A DNA stretch of 44,042 bases from Spirochaetota bacterium (GTDB taxonomy: Bacteria > Spirochaetota > B62-G9 > DRHN01): NCBI GenBank assembly GCA_035527995.1, contig DATKZJ010000033.1:1-44042 (forward strand). The letters run 5' to 3'. Each line of letters opens with the position of its first letter. Position 1 is the first letter of the stretch. The position numbers and the translations under genes are program-made. Shown in pieces: positions 35,781-44,042 of this stretch. Under the pieces are notes generated by a model. The model saw only the letters and a list, made by a program, of their open reading frames with translations. It did not search any database and was not told the origin of the DNA.

Positions 35781-35953
35781 CCGGGACACAATAATTGGGG
35801 ACATGATGAATAGGGACATGATAAACGATAAGGGTTATATGACCGCAAATCTTTGCTTCCACGGTATTAACAACAACTAACCGCTTATAGTTAACAGATC
35901 CAAATATATGGGGACATGAAAAAAGTATGATGTCCCGAAGTATCGTGTCCCAA
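35781..35953. repeat. GGGACA-box repeat cluster, copy B, about 170 bp with inverted-repeat ends
   Basis: GGGACA boxes start at 35783, 35798 and 35813 (exact 15-bp phasing) and at 35911. TGTCCC boxes start at 35931 and 35946 (15 bp apart). The left end GGGACAC-N8-GGGACAT mirrors the right end ATGTCCC-N8-GTGTCCC. Confidence 0.7.
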
Positions 35954-35970
35954 TTTTTCCTGAACCGCGA

Positions 35971-36705
35971 TCAAACGAGCCGTATCTCCCCTGTCACCGC
36001 CATCCGGTCTCCTATCATGATGAGCACGCCCGAGACCTCTGGAAACGACTGCACGTACTCGATCGTGCGTTCGAGGTCATCCGGGCTTTTTACCCTGTTG
36101 CCTATAGCGGTCGCGAATACGTCGGCGGTGATGGCGGAAGAAGCGATCACTGCCACAGCGTCTGTATTGCCGAAGCTTTTGGAATGTCCGATTGTGCGTG
36201 AAGACGCGCATACCCCGAAAGGAGCTTCCTGACCTTTTAGAAGAAGTCTCACCTTGTCCCTGAACGGAGAGTCCTCCCCCGCATAAACGAGAACAGTTCT
36301 GTCCTTCAGACTTCGTATGAATATGTCGCCGCCGTTCTCTATGATTATCTCCTCCGTCAGTTTGAGAAGCTCGCGGCCTACGAATTCGGCCAGAGCCCCC
36401 GCTATACCGGCCATGGGCCCGACCCCTGCGCGCCTGGACTTATCCAGCATCTCGTCTATCATTCCGTGTGGGGTTTTTAGCTCGATAGGGGAGAGTGAGG
36501 TCAGGAATTCCGGGTTTTCTGCTATTGTCTCTTCTACCTGGGACCTGTACTTCTTTACGAGGGACATCGTCTCGTCAGCGAAGTCCCTTTTGGCATATAC
36601 CATGAGGTCTGTTTCACGGTACTGTACCGAAAATGAGACAAGGTCTTCAGGGTTCTGCCATCTTCTGTAGAACCTTTCTCTGTAGTTATTCACCGAACGT
36701 ACCAT
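35971..36705 (-). CDS. UPF0280 family protein (ApbE-like superfamily)
   Basis: Family-like blocks: YRERFYRRW...DLVSFSVQYRETDLMV, GVGPMAGIAGALAEFVG, and IIENGGDIF. The ORF opens at TTG 36750, but ATG 36705 has an AGGAG RBS and matches the usual family N-terminus. Confidence 0.65.
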   Translation of the reverse strand: MVRSVNNYRERFYRRWQNPEDLVSFSVQYRETDLMVYAKRDFADETMSLVKKYRSQVEETIAENPEFLTSLSPIELKTPHGMIDEMLDKSRRAGVGPMAGIAGALAEFVGRELLKLTEEIIIENGGDIFIRSLKDRTVLVYAGEDSPFRDKVRLLLKGQEAPFGVCASSRTIGHSKSFGNTDAVAVIASSAITADVFATAIGNRVKSPDDLERTIEYVQSFPEVSGVLIMIGDRMAVTGEIRLV

Positions 36706-36817
36706 CCTTTTACTCCTATAGCATACTACTTCCCGCACCGGGCTTGTCAACCCGAATTTACTGTTTATCTTTCTTCAGTCCGTGTGTATATTGAGAAAAA
36801 GAGAGAAGGACCGTCCG

Positions 36818-37984
36818 ATGGTAATCAACGAGAATGTCGACCGGAAGATAATACCGGTCGCAAGCGGCAAAGGAGGAGTAGGAAAAACCGTGCTGGCCGT
36901 GAATCTCGCTCTGGCCCTTGCAGGGGGTGGAAAGAAAACGGTGCTCGTTGACCTTGATCTCGGCAGTTCCAACCTCCATACCTGTCTCGGAATCAAGAAC
37001 GTAAACCCGGGTGTGGGAAATCTCCTTTCAGACTCGGAGCTCGATTTCAAAGATATCCTTACAGAGACGCCGTACAGGGGTTTGCGGTTTGTTCCCGGTG
37101 ACGTACTCATCACCGGACTCGCGGGTATCAGTCATTCCCAGAGAAAGAGGGTCGCGAGACAGATACTGAAGATCGACGCCGATTACGTCATCATCGATCT
37201 CGGTTCGGGCACGAGCACCGCTGTGCTGGATTTCTTTCTCGTATCGAACTCGGGAATAATCATGACGACTCCCCAGCCGACTGCAGTCACGAACGCGTTC
37301 GCGTTTCTCAAGAACCTTATGTTCCGGTTTCTGCAGAGGGCGCTTTCATCCTCAAAGGAGGTGTCACGCTACATAAAGTCCGTGAACAAGGAGCGCCTTC
37401 CTCTTTCAACCCCGACGGTTTTACAGATACTCTCGAAAATGAAGGAGATTGACCCTGAGGCGGCCGGCAAGGCCGCTTTGTACATATCTATGATGCATCC
37501 GAAGCTCGTGGTAAACTTCGCCAGAACTCCTAATGACCTTCTGGCCGGATCGAAGCTGAGAGATCTGACCAAGAGAAACCTCGATGTTGACCTTGAGTGT
37601 ATGGGGCTCATCTATGCCGACAAGGCCGTGGATTCGTCTGTCCTGGAACGCGTGCCGCTGCTTCGATTCGATCCGGAAGCAGTTTCTTCTATCCAGATAA
37701 AAAGAATCGCGCAGAAGATCGTAGAGGCGCCGAATTTCCCGCTCATGACAAAGGGAGCCGGAGGCTCTTCAGGGTCAGGCGGTCCAGTCGGTTCGAAGGA
37801 ATATGCAGACAGCTTCGAGCTCGCACACGCTGAGGCGGAAGAAGATTTCAGGGTGAGCTCTGACGGGCCTCCCGGAGTGGAAGCGTCGGATGTCGAAAAC
37901 CTCATAAATGTCATTGCCGAACAGAAAAGGCGGATCGATGAGCTGAAGGGCACGGTCCGCATGCTCACGCTGAGGGATATGTAG
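36818..37984 (+). CDS. MinD/ParA-superfamily P-loop ATPase with a Gly/Ser-rich linker and a coiled-coil-like tail
   Basis: Deviant Walker A VASGKGGVGKTVLAVNLA and VDLDLGSSNL. C-terminal GAGGSSGSGGPVGS is followed by a charged helix (IAEQKRRIDELKGTVRML). ATG 36818 follows GAGAAGGA. Confidence 0.75.
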   Translation: MVINENVDRKIIPVASGKGGVGKTVLAVNLALALAGGGKKTVLVDLDLGSSNLHTCLGIKNVNPGVGNLLSDSELDFKDILTETPYRGLRFVPGDVLITGLAGISHSQRKRVARQILKIDADYVIIDLGSGTSTAVLDFFLVSNSGIIMTTPQPTAVTNAFAFLKNLMFRFLQRALSSSKEVSRYIKSVNKERLPLSTPTVLQILSKMKEIDPEAAGKAALYISMMHPKLVVNFARTPNDLLAGSKLRDLTKRNLDVDLECMGLIYADKAVDSSVLERVPLLRFDPEAVSSIQIKRIAQKIVEAPNFPLMTKGAGGSSGSGGPVGSKEYADSFELAHAEAEEDFRVSSDGPPGVEASDVENLINVIAEQKRRIDELKGTVRMLTLRDM

Positions 37985-38019
37985 GGTACGGCTGCGGTTT
38001 AGTGTCGGAGGACGGGTGG

Positions 38020-38820
38020 ATGAACATGGATGTCGGAGAAGCGCTGAAAACACTGGGACTTGCCGGTGATTCGACCCTAAACGACCTGAACTACAGTTTC
38101 AGAAAGCTCGCAAAGCAGTATCATCCCGACTCCAACCCGCGAAGGGAAGAGTGGGCCCATCAGAAGATGATCCGGCTCAATCTCGCCTATGAAGTCGCCC
38201 TCGAGTATATCGCCTCCTGTAAGGAGAAATCCTCCTCCGCCCCAGAGGGAGGAATGTCAGCTCATGAGAGTCTCAGGCGCAGCTTTCTTGTGGAGTTCAA
38301 TCGGGCAATGAACCAGGTCCTGGACGGTGTCTATATGTTCTACCAGTATGGTCTGGAGAACCCGCACATGAGGAGAAGCGGGGTGCGAAGGCTCCGCTAC
38401 AGGGACTCGATCAAGGCGCTGAAAAACGGAATCGTGCGTCTGGAGGGCCTGGAGAACAGCTCCCTCGTTCCGGGCGATCTTGTGGTGTTTATCAACTTTT
38501 CAAGGGCCTTTCTGCAGAACATGCTTCTCGACAGGTATTTCACTCCGTCGTCGGATGGAGTCGAAAACATCGCGTACAGGCACTACAGGGAGGGTTCCGA
38601 ACTACTCGACTCAGCCATTAAGCAGGTGTTCTTCGGAGATCTTCTCTCATATCCGGCAAGAGGGTCGATAGGCCAGTCAATCGAGATTTCGAACCGTGAG
38701 TTTATGAACGTCCTCACCAGGTACTACTCCACAGGCTGGGTGGCTGAGACCGTGATGAAGGTCTACCTTCTCGATCTGCTCGGCAAGGTGATAGATGTGT
38801 TCAGGCGGATGAGGTACTAG
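38020..38820 (+). CDS. J-domain (DnaJ-like) protein, otherwise uncharacterized
   Basis: J-domain signature ALKTLGL...DLNYSFRKLAKQYHPDSNP. There is no Gly/Phe or zinc-finger region. The ORF opens at GTG 38002. ATG 38020 follows GGAGG. Confidence 0.7.
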   Translation: MNMDVGEALKTLGLAGDSTLNDLNYSFRKLAKQYHPDSNPRREEWAHQKMIRLNLAYEVALEYIASCKEKSSSAPEGGMSAHESLRRSFLVEFNRAMNQVLDGVYMFYQYGLENPHMRRSGVRRLRYRDSIKALKNGIVRLEGLENSSLVPGDLVVFINFSRAFLQNMLLDRYFTPSSDGVENIAYRHYREGSELLDSAIKQVFFGDLLSYPARGSIGQSIEISNREFMNVLTRYYSTGWVAETVMKVYLLDLLGKVIDVFRRMRY

Positions 38821-39335
38821 GCGGAGGCGATCCAGTCGGCCTGGAGCGCCCCCTTGAGATGTACCTATCGGGGCCGTCCCTGGCCTACATGAAGCATGAA
38901 GCGGAAAAAATACCTTTAAGACTGAAACAAAACGAAATCGTACACCATGGTTCTGTCGATCCACATCCTATTCTGAAAGAAATAGCGGGTTGTTCATTGG
39001 CAGAACCTCTGAGCATTCTCGTATTATCCGGTTTTTTAGAAAACTTAATACTGAAGATGTATGGTAGATTGTGAGGTATGACCTAAACAGTAGCAGGGCG
39101 CTTTCGAGGGTCCCTGTATGGATGTTTCTGCAATTATCCTTACTGTACAACACACCCCCTGCGAATGAATTTATATTGTAGGGGTGCATAACTATCAAAA
39201 CAGACCTTGATAAAATAAAATTAAAGGAATTCTAAGAATTTAAGGAATTTGCTCTTGATATATTCTAAGGGAGCTTATATGATCTTTCAGTAATGTCGGG
39301 GCTGTGATCATTTAATGTACTTCAAGGAGATTTGA

Positions 39336-39494
39336 ATGAAAAAGATATTGTTGATTGACGATGATCCGGATTTGAGAGAGGTAATGAACACTGTACTGTT
39401 TCCCCAGTATGATCTGGAACTGGCCGATAGCAAGGAAGCTGGATATAAAATGCTTGAAAACAGTATCCCGGACCTTATTGTCCTGGAACGTTGA
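39336..39494 (+). pseudogene. Truncated response-regulator receiver domain remnant (52 codons)
   Basis: AAGGAGA RBS then MKKILLIDDDPDLREVMNTVLFPQYDLELADSKEAGYKMLENSIPDLIVLER-stop. The frame ends exactly where the phospho-acceptor Asp of DLI(V/L)LD is expected, and no continuation is recognisable in any frame. It is below the 60-aa track cutoff. Confidence 0.55.
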
Positions 39495-39786
39495 CCTGCC
39501 CCCATACTGCTATGTAGTATTTTGTCAAACCCTCTTCATAATAAAGTTCAAAAAATCCAGGATTATCTAAAAACGTCAATCACGTACAACCTGCTATTCG
39601 ACCTTACCAGTTTATTATGGTAGACCAGTATACCGAAACGTTGAGATGGACCAAACTTTGTCACGGTGTTTTAACACCAAGTATGGAACGATCTCATCCC
39701 ATCGTGATTTACGTATGATTTTCGCTTTTCATTCTATCCTCAGCTTTTCAAAATTACCCCTCTATATTCGGATTCATGAGATATAT

Positions 39787-41085
39787 TCATTCATTTTTAT
39801 GCCGTCTGAAAACCTCTTCGGCCCATGTCGCTATATTTTTCTTCTTCTGTCCCTGTTGTTTTAACGAGACCGCGTAACTTTTCATCTCCAGGTCCGGAAG
39901 TGTTCCGCCTCCGCAATGTCCTGTGCTCTCTACTATTACCGCCTCGACCTCACGCGATTCGAGTTCTTTCTGCAGAGTACGTCCAAGACTTTCGAGCTCG
40001 TTTGCAGGGCGCTCGAGCATTTTGAATAAAGGCATTGTATCTGCCAGCCGCTCGTCATCGATGTAGTACCTCAGCGCTGCGTTGAGAAATGCAAGCGTGA
40101 GCTTGCCAACGCGGAGTGCCCTCATCATCGGAGCGCACGAAAGCCGTTCTATGAGAGCCCTCTTGCCTGCGATAATTCCCGCCTGCGGCCCCCCGAGAAG
40201 TTTATCGCAGCTGAACGTTACAATATCCGCTCCATCCCGAATCGCCTGCCTCACTTCCGGTTCATTCTGAAGCGGCAGGCCTTTCGGTTTGCGAAGGAGG
40301 CCCGATCCGATATCATAGATCAGGGGCAGGGAATGTTTTTTTGCGACTGCAGAAAGCTGTTTTACACTCGCTTCTTCAGTAAAACCCTTTAACGTAAAGT
40401 TGGACCTATGGGCCTTAAAGATTCCGCCTGTGTTCAGCCCGATGACCCTCTCATAGTCCTCAACCCTCGTCCTGTTCGTTGTTCCGACCTCGATCATTCT
40501 GGCCCCTGAAGCCGCCATTATTTCGGGTATGCGAAAGGACCCTCCGATTTCAATGAGTTCCCCCCGGGAAATAATAACATCCTTTTCATTTGCGAGCGTG
40601 TTGAGGGTAAGAATGATGGCCGCAGCGTTGTTATTCACCACTACTGCATCTTCTGCAGTGGTGAGGAACCCGAGAATCTCTCTCACATGGTCCGCCCTGC
40701 TTCCCCGGCATGCATCATTGAGGTTATATTCCAGGTTGGAGTACCCTGTGATAAGGTCCTGTACGTCGGATAACATCTTTTTCCCGAAAGGTACGCGGCC
40801 GAGGTTCGTGTGAATGACGATTCCGGTGGCGTTTATGACCGGTTTTAACAGGTGTCCGGTTGTGCGCCGAACCCCCTCTACAATGTCTGAAACGATCTCT
40901 TTTTGGGAGGGTTTCTCGCCTCCGTTCAAAAGATCCTGCCGTATATTTTCGAGGGATTTACGGATCGTGCAGACGACGACATCGTGTCCGTATTTTTTTT
41001 CCAATTCGGAGATGCCGGGATATTTTAGAATTGAATCAACCGCCGGCAGTTTAGCAAGCTTGTCTACAGGAAGGCCGTTTTTCAT
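39787..41085 (-). CDS. selA: L-seryl-tRNA(Sec) selenium transferase
   Basis: Blocks PVINATGIVIHTNLGR, VVNNNAAAIILTLN, ISRGELIEIGGSFRIPEIM, GTTNRT and FSCDKLLGGPQAGIIAGK (the PLP lysine context). Confidence 0.9.
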   Translation of the reverse strand: MKNGLPVDKLAKLPAVDSILKYPGISELEKKYGHDVVVCTIRKSLENIRQDLLNGGEKPSQKEIVSDIVEGVRRTTGHLLKPVINATGIVIHTNLGRVPFGKKMLSDVQDLITGYSNLEYNLNDACRGSRADHVREILGFLTTAEDAVVVNNNAAAIILTLNTLANEKDVIISRGELIEIGGSFRIPEIMAASGARMIEVGTTNRTRVEDYERVIGLNTGGIFKAHRSNFTLKGFTEEASVKQLSAVAKKHSLPLIYDIGSGLLRKPKGLPLQNEPEVRQAIRDGADIVTFSCDKLLGGPQAGIIAGKRALIERLSCAPMMRALRVGKLTLAFLNAALRYYIDDERLADTMPLFKMLERPANELESLGRTLQKELESREVEAVIVESTGHCGGGTLPDLEMKSYAVSLKQQGQKKKNIATWAEEVFRRHKNE

Positions 41086-41130
41086 ATCGTTTTTAAGAGA
41101 TAGTTCCGGTCATTTTTTTAAAAATATATT

Positions 41131-41224
41131 GCAGAGAGGGCAGGAATCGAACCTGCCACAGACGGTATTATCCGCCCGCTACTGGTTTTGAAGACCAGTC
41201 GAAACACCAGTTTCATCCTCTCTC
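41131..41224 (-). tRNA. selC: tRNA-Sec (anticodon UCA)
   Basis: The reverse complement folds by hand as a tRNA-Sec. It has a 6-bp D stem (UGAAAC/GUUUCG) with the 4-nt loop UGGU, and a 6-bp anticodon stem (ACUGGU/ACCAGU) with loop CUUCAAA. It also has a long variable arm of about 8 bp and a T arm GCAGG-UUCGAUU-CCUGC. The acceptor is GAGAGAGG/CCUCUCUG, where the terminal 1:72 pair reads G-G. No CCA is encoded. Ends are accurate to about +/-2 nt. Confidence 0.85.
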
Positions 41225-41353
41225 AGATTCGTTTTATTTTCCGGTAAAGTTAATCATCATTATTATTAAAATCAAGGTAAGATACTGATACTACCCGGGA
41301 TTTGGAGTAAACACAACAAAAAAACAATCCCCGGGACAGCTGCTTGGTTCACA

Positions 41354-41605
41354 GTGAATTACACCGAAGAAAAGAAGTTTGAATATGAATACAACTGGGG
41401 TAAAGTTCGGTGGTCAAGAACGGGTCCATTGTCATCTTCTGTTCATATAAAAGCATATAATAAAACTCAGAAGAGTTTTTTTAGTGTATTGCGGACAGTG
41501 AATATGAACGGGGAGACACTATTCCATGACCGGAGAACTCCATGTCCGGATGCTGGCGCAAAAGTTAAAATTATGCCTGGAGAAAGCACAGACGGATATA
41601 AATAA
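41354..41605 (+). CDS. Hypothetical small protein (83 aa), weak call
   Basis: GTG-initiated ORF in an AT-richer, otherwise empty region. It has no recognisable motif and no clear RBS. Confidence 0.2.
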   Translation: MNYTEEKKFEYEYNWGKVRWSRTGPLSSSVHIKAYNKTQKSFFSVLRTVNMNGETLFHDRRTPCPDAGAKVKIMPGESTDGYK

Positions 41606-42120
41606 AAGGCATCAGGCTGGCAGATAACATGTTTCGGTATATGTGATGTTTTAAATATCCTTCCAGTACCGCCGGGTTGGTTTGTACTTATCCGTTCCGG
41701 CATTAGTATTTTCACCTAGTTTTTCGGTGCAGGCAAACAAAAAGGGGTAATGCGGTTTTCTCATCGAGCTCAATGGTAAATTAGCAGTATGTTATTAAGC
41801 TCTTCATGCAGGAGTTTCTTTAGTCCGGGACGATAATACGAACGGCGTCCGCCCGGCTGCAGTTACGGGAAACGGAAGACCTCCATTTCAGTGATAACAG
41901 GAGAAACGGCATATCGATGTGCTGCCATGCGTCTTCTGTAAAAGCCTCTTTTACACGTCAATATCCGCCTGTGAGCCGGGACCGAATTCATCGCAGTTGT
42001 ATGTTTACGGGAAAATACGCTATATTGTAGTGCAGCATGAGTTGAGATACCAGAGGTTTCAGAGTTATTCTGTATGGACTATGAAAACCCGCGGCAACTA
42101 AATACACGAGGAGATGGAAT

Positions 42121-42654
42121 ATGATTGAGGAGTGTCTGCAACTTGGCGCAACACACGCGGTCGCTGTTTCGACAAAAAGCATCAGGATAGCGCCCGAATT
42201 TAGGGCCCCCTGTGAAATGAACCAGTGCGGTCATTATGACAAAAACTGGACATGCCCTCCGGGAATAGGGAGCCTGGAAGAGTGTGAAAAAAAGGTCCGC
42301 CGTTTCTCGAACGGGGTGCTCTTTCAGAAAGTATATGGGCTTGAAGGTTCCTTTGACATAGAGGGTATGGAAAAAGCACATGATGATTTTTTCAGGCTGA
42401 TTAGGTCTATACAGGATTCGATTCCCGAAGAGATAAAATTTTCGGATCATACCATTCTCGGTGCAGGCGCATGCGCGGTTTGTGCAAAGTGCTCATACCT
42501 TGAGGGGGAAGAGTGCAGATTTCAGGATAAAGCGGTCTCATCCGTGGAGGCGCACGGGATCGATGTAAAGAAGCTGCTCGAAGTCAACGGACTGTCCTAT
42601 GTAAACGGTGTAAACACGGTCTCCTACGTAGGGCTGCTGCTTTTCAATGAATAG
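42121..42654 (+). CDS. DUF2284-family predicted metal-binding protein
   Basis: Signature CEMNQCGHYDKNWTCPP plus the later Cys cluster CAVCAKCSYLEGEEC. AGGAGA RBS lies upstream of ATG 42121. Confidence 0.7.
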   Translation: MIEECLQLGATHAVAVSTKSIRIAPEFRAPCEMNQCGHYDKNWTCPPGIGSLEECEKKVRRFSNGVLFQKVYGLEGSFDIEGMEKAHDDFFRLIRSIQDSIPEEIKFSDHTILGAGACAVCAKCSYLEGEECRFQDKAVSSVEAHGIDVKKLLEVNGLSYVNGVNTVSYVGLLLFNE

Positions 42655-43030
42655 ATGAGGGCCCAGAAAGCCTTCCAGATTTGCGCGCATAATAAGACGG
42701 GATATTAGGGACTATCTTCTTCATACAAGGATTAAAATCATAACTTTCTCCCAGGGCTGGCACAACACGCCTCTCCGAAGAACAAACACAACACGTACTA
42801 TGGATTGTATTGAAGCCTTTGTGAGTGGGGAAGCCTTTACTTAAAACGGGTCTTGGGTTTACCGGCAAGGGCCTTTTTTTCTGAACCGGAGAATTTATAA
42901 AACGCAAGCAGAGGGAGTACGGGGTCAGTCCACTGTCATACACGAGATACGGTCGGAGAATAGTCCCATTACGTTAAGCGTGTGTCGCTGTATGACTCTT
43001 CCCGATAATGCTTCCCTGTGAGGTTTACTT

Positions 43031-44042
43031 CTACTCCTCTTCGTTCTCACCCACATTCATCTGCGCTATGGCGAGCTTTGCGATCGGGATCCCGTAGGGA
43101 GAGCAGCTTACGTAGTTCAAGCCTGCCTCGCGGACGAATGGGATGTTAGCGGGCTCGGCGCCGTGTTCACCGCAGAGGCCCATAATGATATCAGGTCTCG
43201 TGAGTCTTCCGCGCTCTGCTGCGAGCTTGATGAGCTCCTTTACCTGCTCGCCGAGCACCTTGAAGGGGTTGTGCTCGAGCAGGTCGAACTCGTTGTAGTC
43301 GGTGAAGAAGTTGTTGAAGTCGTCGCGCGACAGCCCGTTTGTCGTCTGAGTGAGATCGTTCGTTCCGAAGCTGAAGAACTCCGCGTATCGGGCGATCCGG
43401 TCGGCCTGCAGCGCCGCAGCGGGGAGCTCGATCATCGTTCCCACCTTGAACTCTATGGGCTCAGTCCCGAAGCCTTTTCTGACCTCGGCTTCTATGTCCC
43501 TGATCCCCTTGATCGCCTTACCTTCGATGCGCTTGCCGTTCCGGATCGTCTTGATCTCGTTTGCGCTCATGACGAGCGGGATCATGATTTCGGGTTTGGC
43601 GTCGACACCCTCCATCTTGAGGCTGTAGGCGGCTTCAAAGATCGCGCGGACCTGCATATTATAGATTTCAGGGTAGGAGATGGCGATACGGATGCCACGG
43701 TGGCCGAGCATCGGGTTGAACTCCTTGAGCATATCCGATCTGAGCCGTATCTCCTCGGTCGTGAGCTTCGGATACCTCGCCCTCATGAACTTGATGAATT
43801 CGTCCATCGTTTCCTTCGAATGGGGGAGAAACTCGTGAAGCGGGGCGTCGAGCAGCCGGATGGTGACGGGAAGGCCCTCCATGATCTTGAAGAGCTTGTA
43901 GAAGTCCGCGACCTGCATCTCCCTGAGTTTTTCCAGTGCCTTTTCCCTCTCCTTCACGTCGCCCGCAATGATCATCGCCCTGAACATGTTGATCCGCTTC
44001 TCGTGGAAGAACATGTGCTCGGTCCTGCAGAGGCCGATGCCC
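43031..44042 (-). CDS. ppdK: Pyruvate, phosphate dikinase, C-terminal part (5' end runs off the window)
   Basis: The frame is open to the window edge and reads GIGLCRTEHMFF... at the boundary. It continues with PVTIRLLDAPLHEFLP, EFNPMLGHRGIR, GTNDLTQ and GLCGEHGAEP...LNYVSCSPY. Confidence 0.9.
   Translation of the reverse strand, partial: GIGLCRTEHMFFHEKRINMFRAMIIAGDVKEREKALEKLREMQVADFYKLFKIMEGLPVTIRLLDAPLHEFLPHSKETMDEFIKFMRARYPKLTTEEIRLRSDMLKEFNPMLGHRGIRIAISYPEIYNMQVRAIFEAAYSLKMEGVDAKPEIMIPLVMSANEIKTIRNGKRIEGKAIKGIRDIEAEVRKGFGTEPIEFKVGTMIELPAAALQADRIARYAEFFSFGTNDLTQTTNGLSRDDFNNFFTDYNEFDLLEHNPFKVLGEQVKELIKLAAERGRLTRPDIIMGLCGEHGAEPANIPFVREAGLNYVSCSPYGIPIAKLAIAQMNVGENEEE

Noticed and set aside
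42758-42774. Sigma-54-like TGGCAC at 42758-42763
   Set aside because: The -12 element is GCCT rather than TTGC, and there is no downstream + strand gene to serve, since ppdK is on the opposite strand.
1-44042. CRISPR arrays, IS elements, transposases, integrases, phage genes, toxin-antitoxin pairs or known defence systems
   Set aside because: I scanned the intergenic regions and the ORF track on both strands. I found no spaced direct-repeat array and no recombinase-like or defence-like protein signature.

Overview
This is a 44 kb bacterial window, roughly 50% GC by eye, and the gene content points to an anaerobe. I found no rRNA, CRISPR array, IS element or integrase.

The dominant feature is a tightly packed + strand array of about 21 kb (2231-23366). 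In order it encodes:
- a malic enzyme that appears to carry an in-frame deletion of its dinucleotide-binding segment;
- a two-subunit class I fumarate hydratase;
- hdrC-hdrB-hdrA;
- a 1477-aa HdrA/GltD-like/HdrA fusion (HdrL-like);
- MvhD and a FlxC-like FeS protein;
- a second HdrC and a 1003-aa tandem HdrA;
- flxD-flxC-flxB-flxA;
- an SdhB/SdhA-like (FrdB/FrdA-like) pair with no membrane anchor.

A tungsten-type aldehyde:ferredoxin oxidoreductase gene lies upstream of the array. My main candidate for a new system is this array read as a soluble, flavin-based electron-bifurcating (or confurcating) fumarate/succinate oxidoreductase. That reading is inference from domain content and gene order.

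Downstream features are:
- a clear FMN riboswitch controlling an ABC importer (fused ATPase-permease plus an NMT1/THI5-like binding protein);
- a lamin-tail-domain lipoprotein gene with a TAG at codon 4 of its signal peptide;
- an acd-etfA-etfB cluster on the - strand with a bifurcating-type EtfB motif;
- an FGGY kinase, an MFS transporter and rlmE;
- gspG and a gspH-like gene;
- a UPF0280 protein;
- a MinD-like ATPase paired with a J-domain protein;
- a gene-poor, AT-richer stretch of about 1 kb holding a truncated response-regulator remnant;
- selA with tRNA-Sec;
- a DUF2284 protein;
- a 5'-truncated ppdK.

A short GGGACA-box repeat family with 15-bp phasing sits in two convergent intergenic regions.

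All protein calls come from motif recognition by eye. No database search was run.
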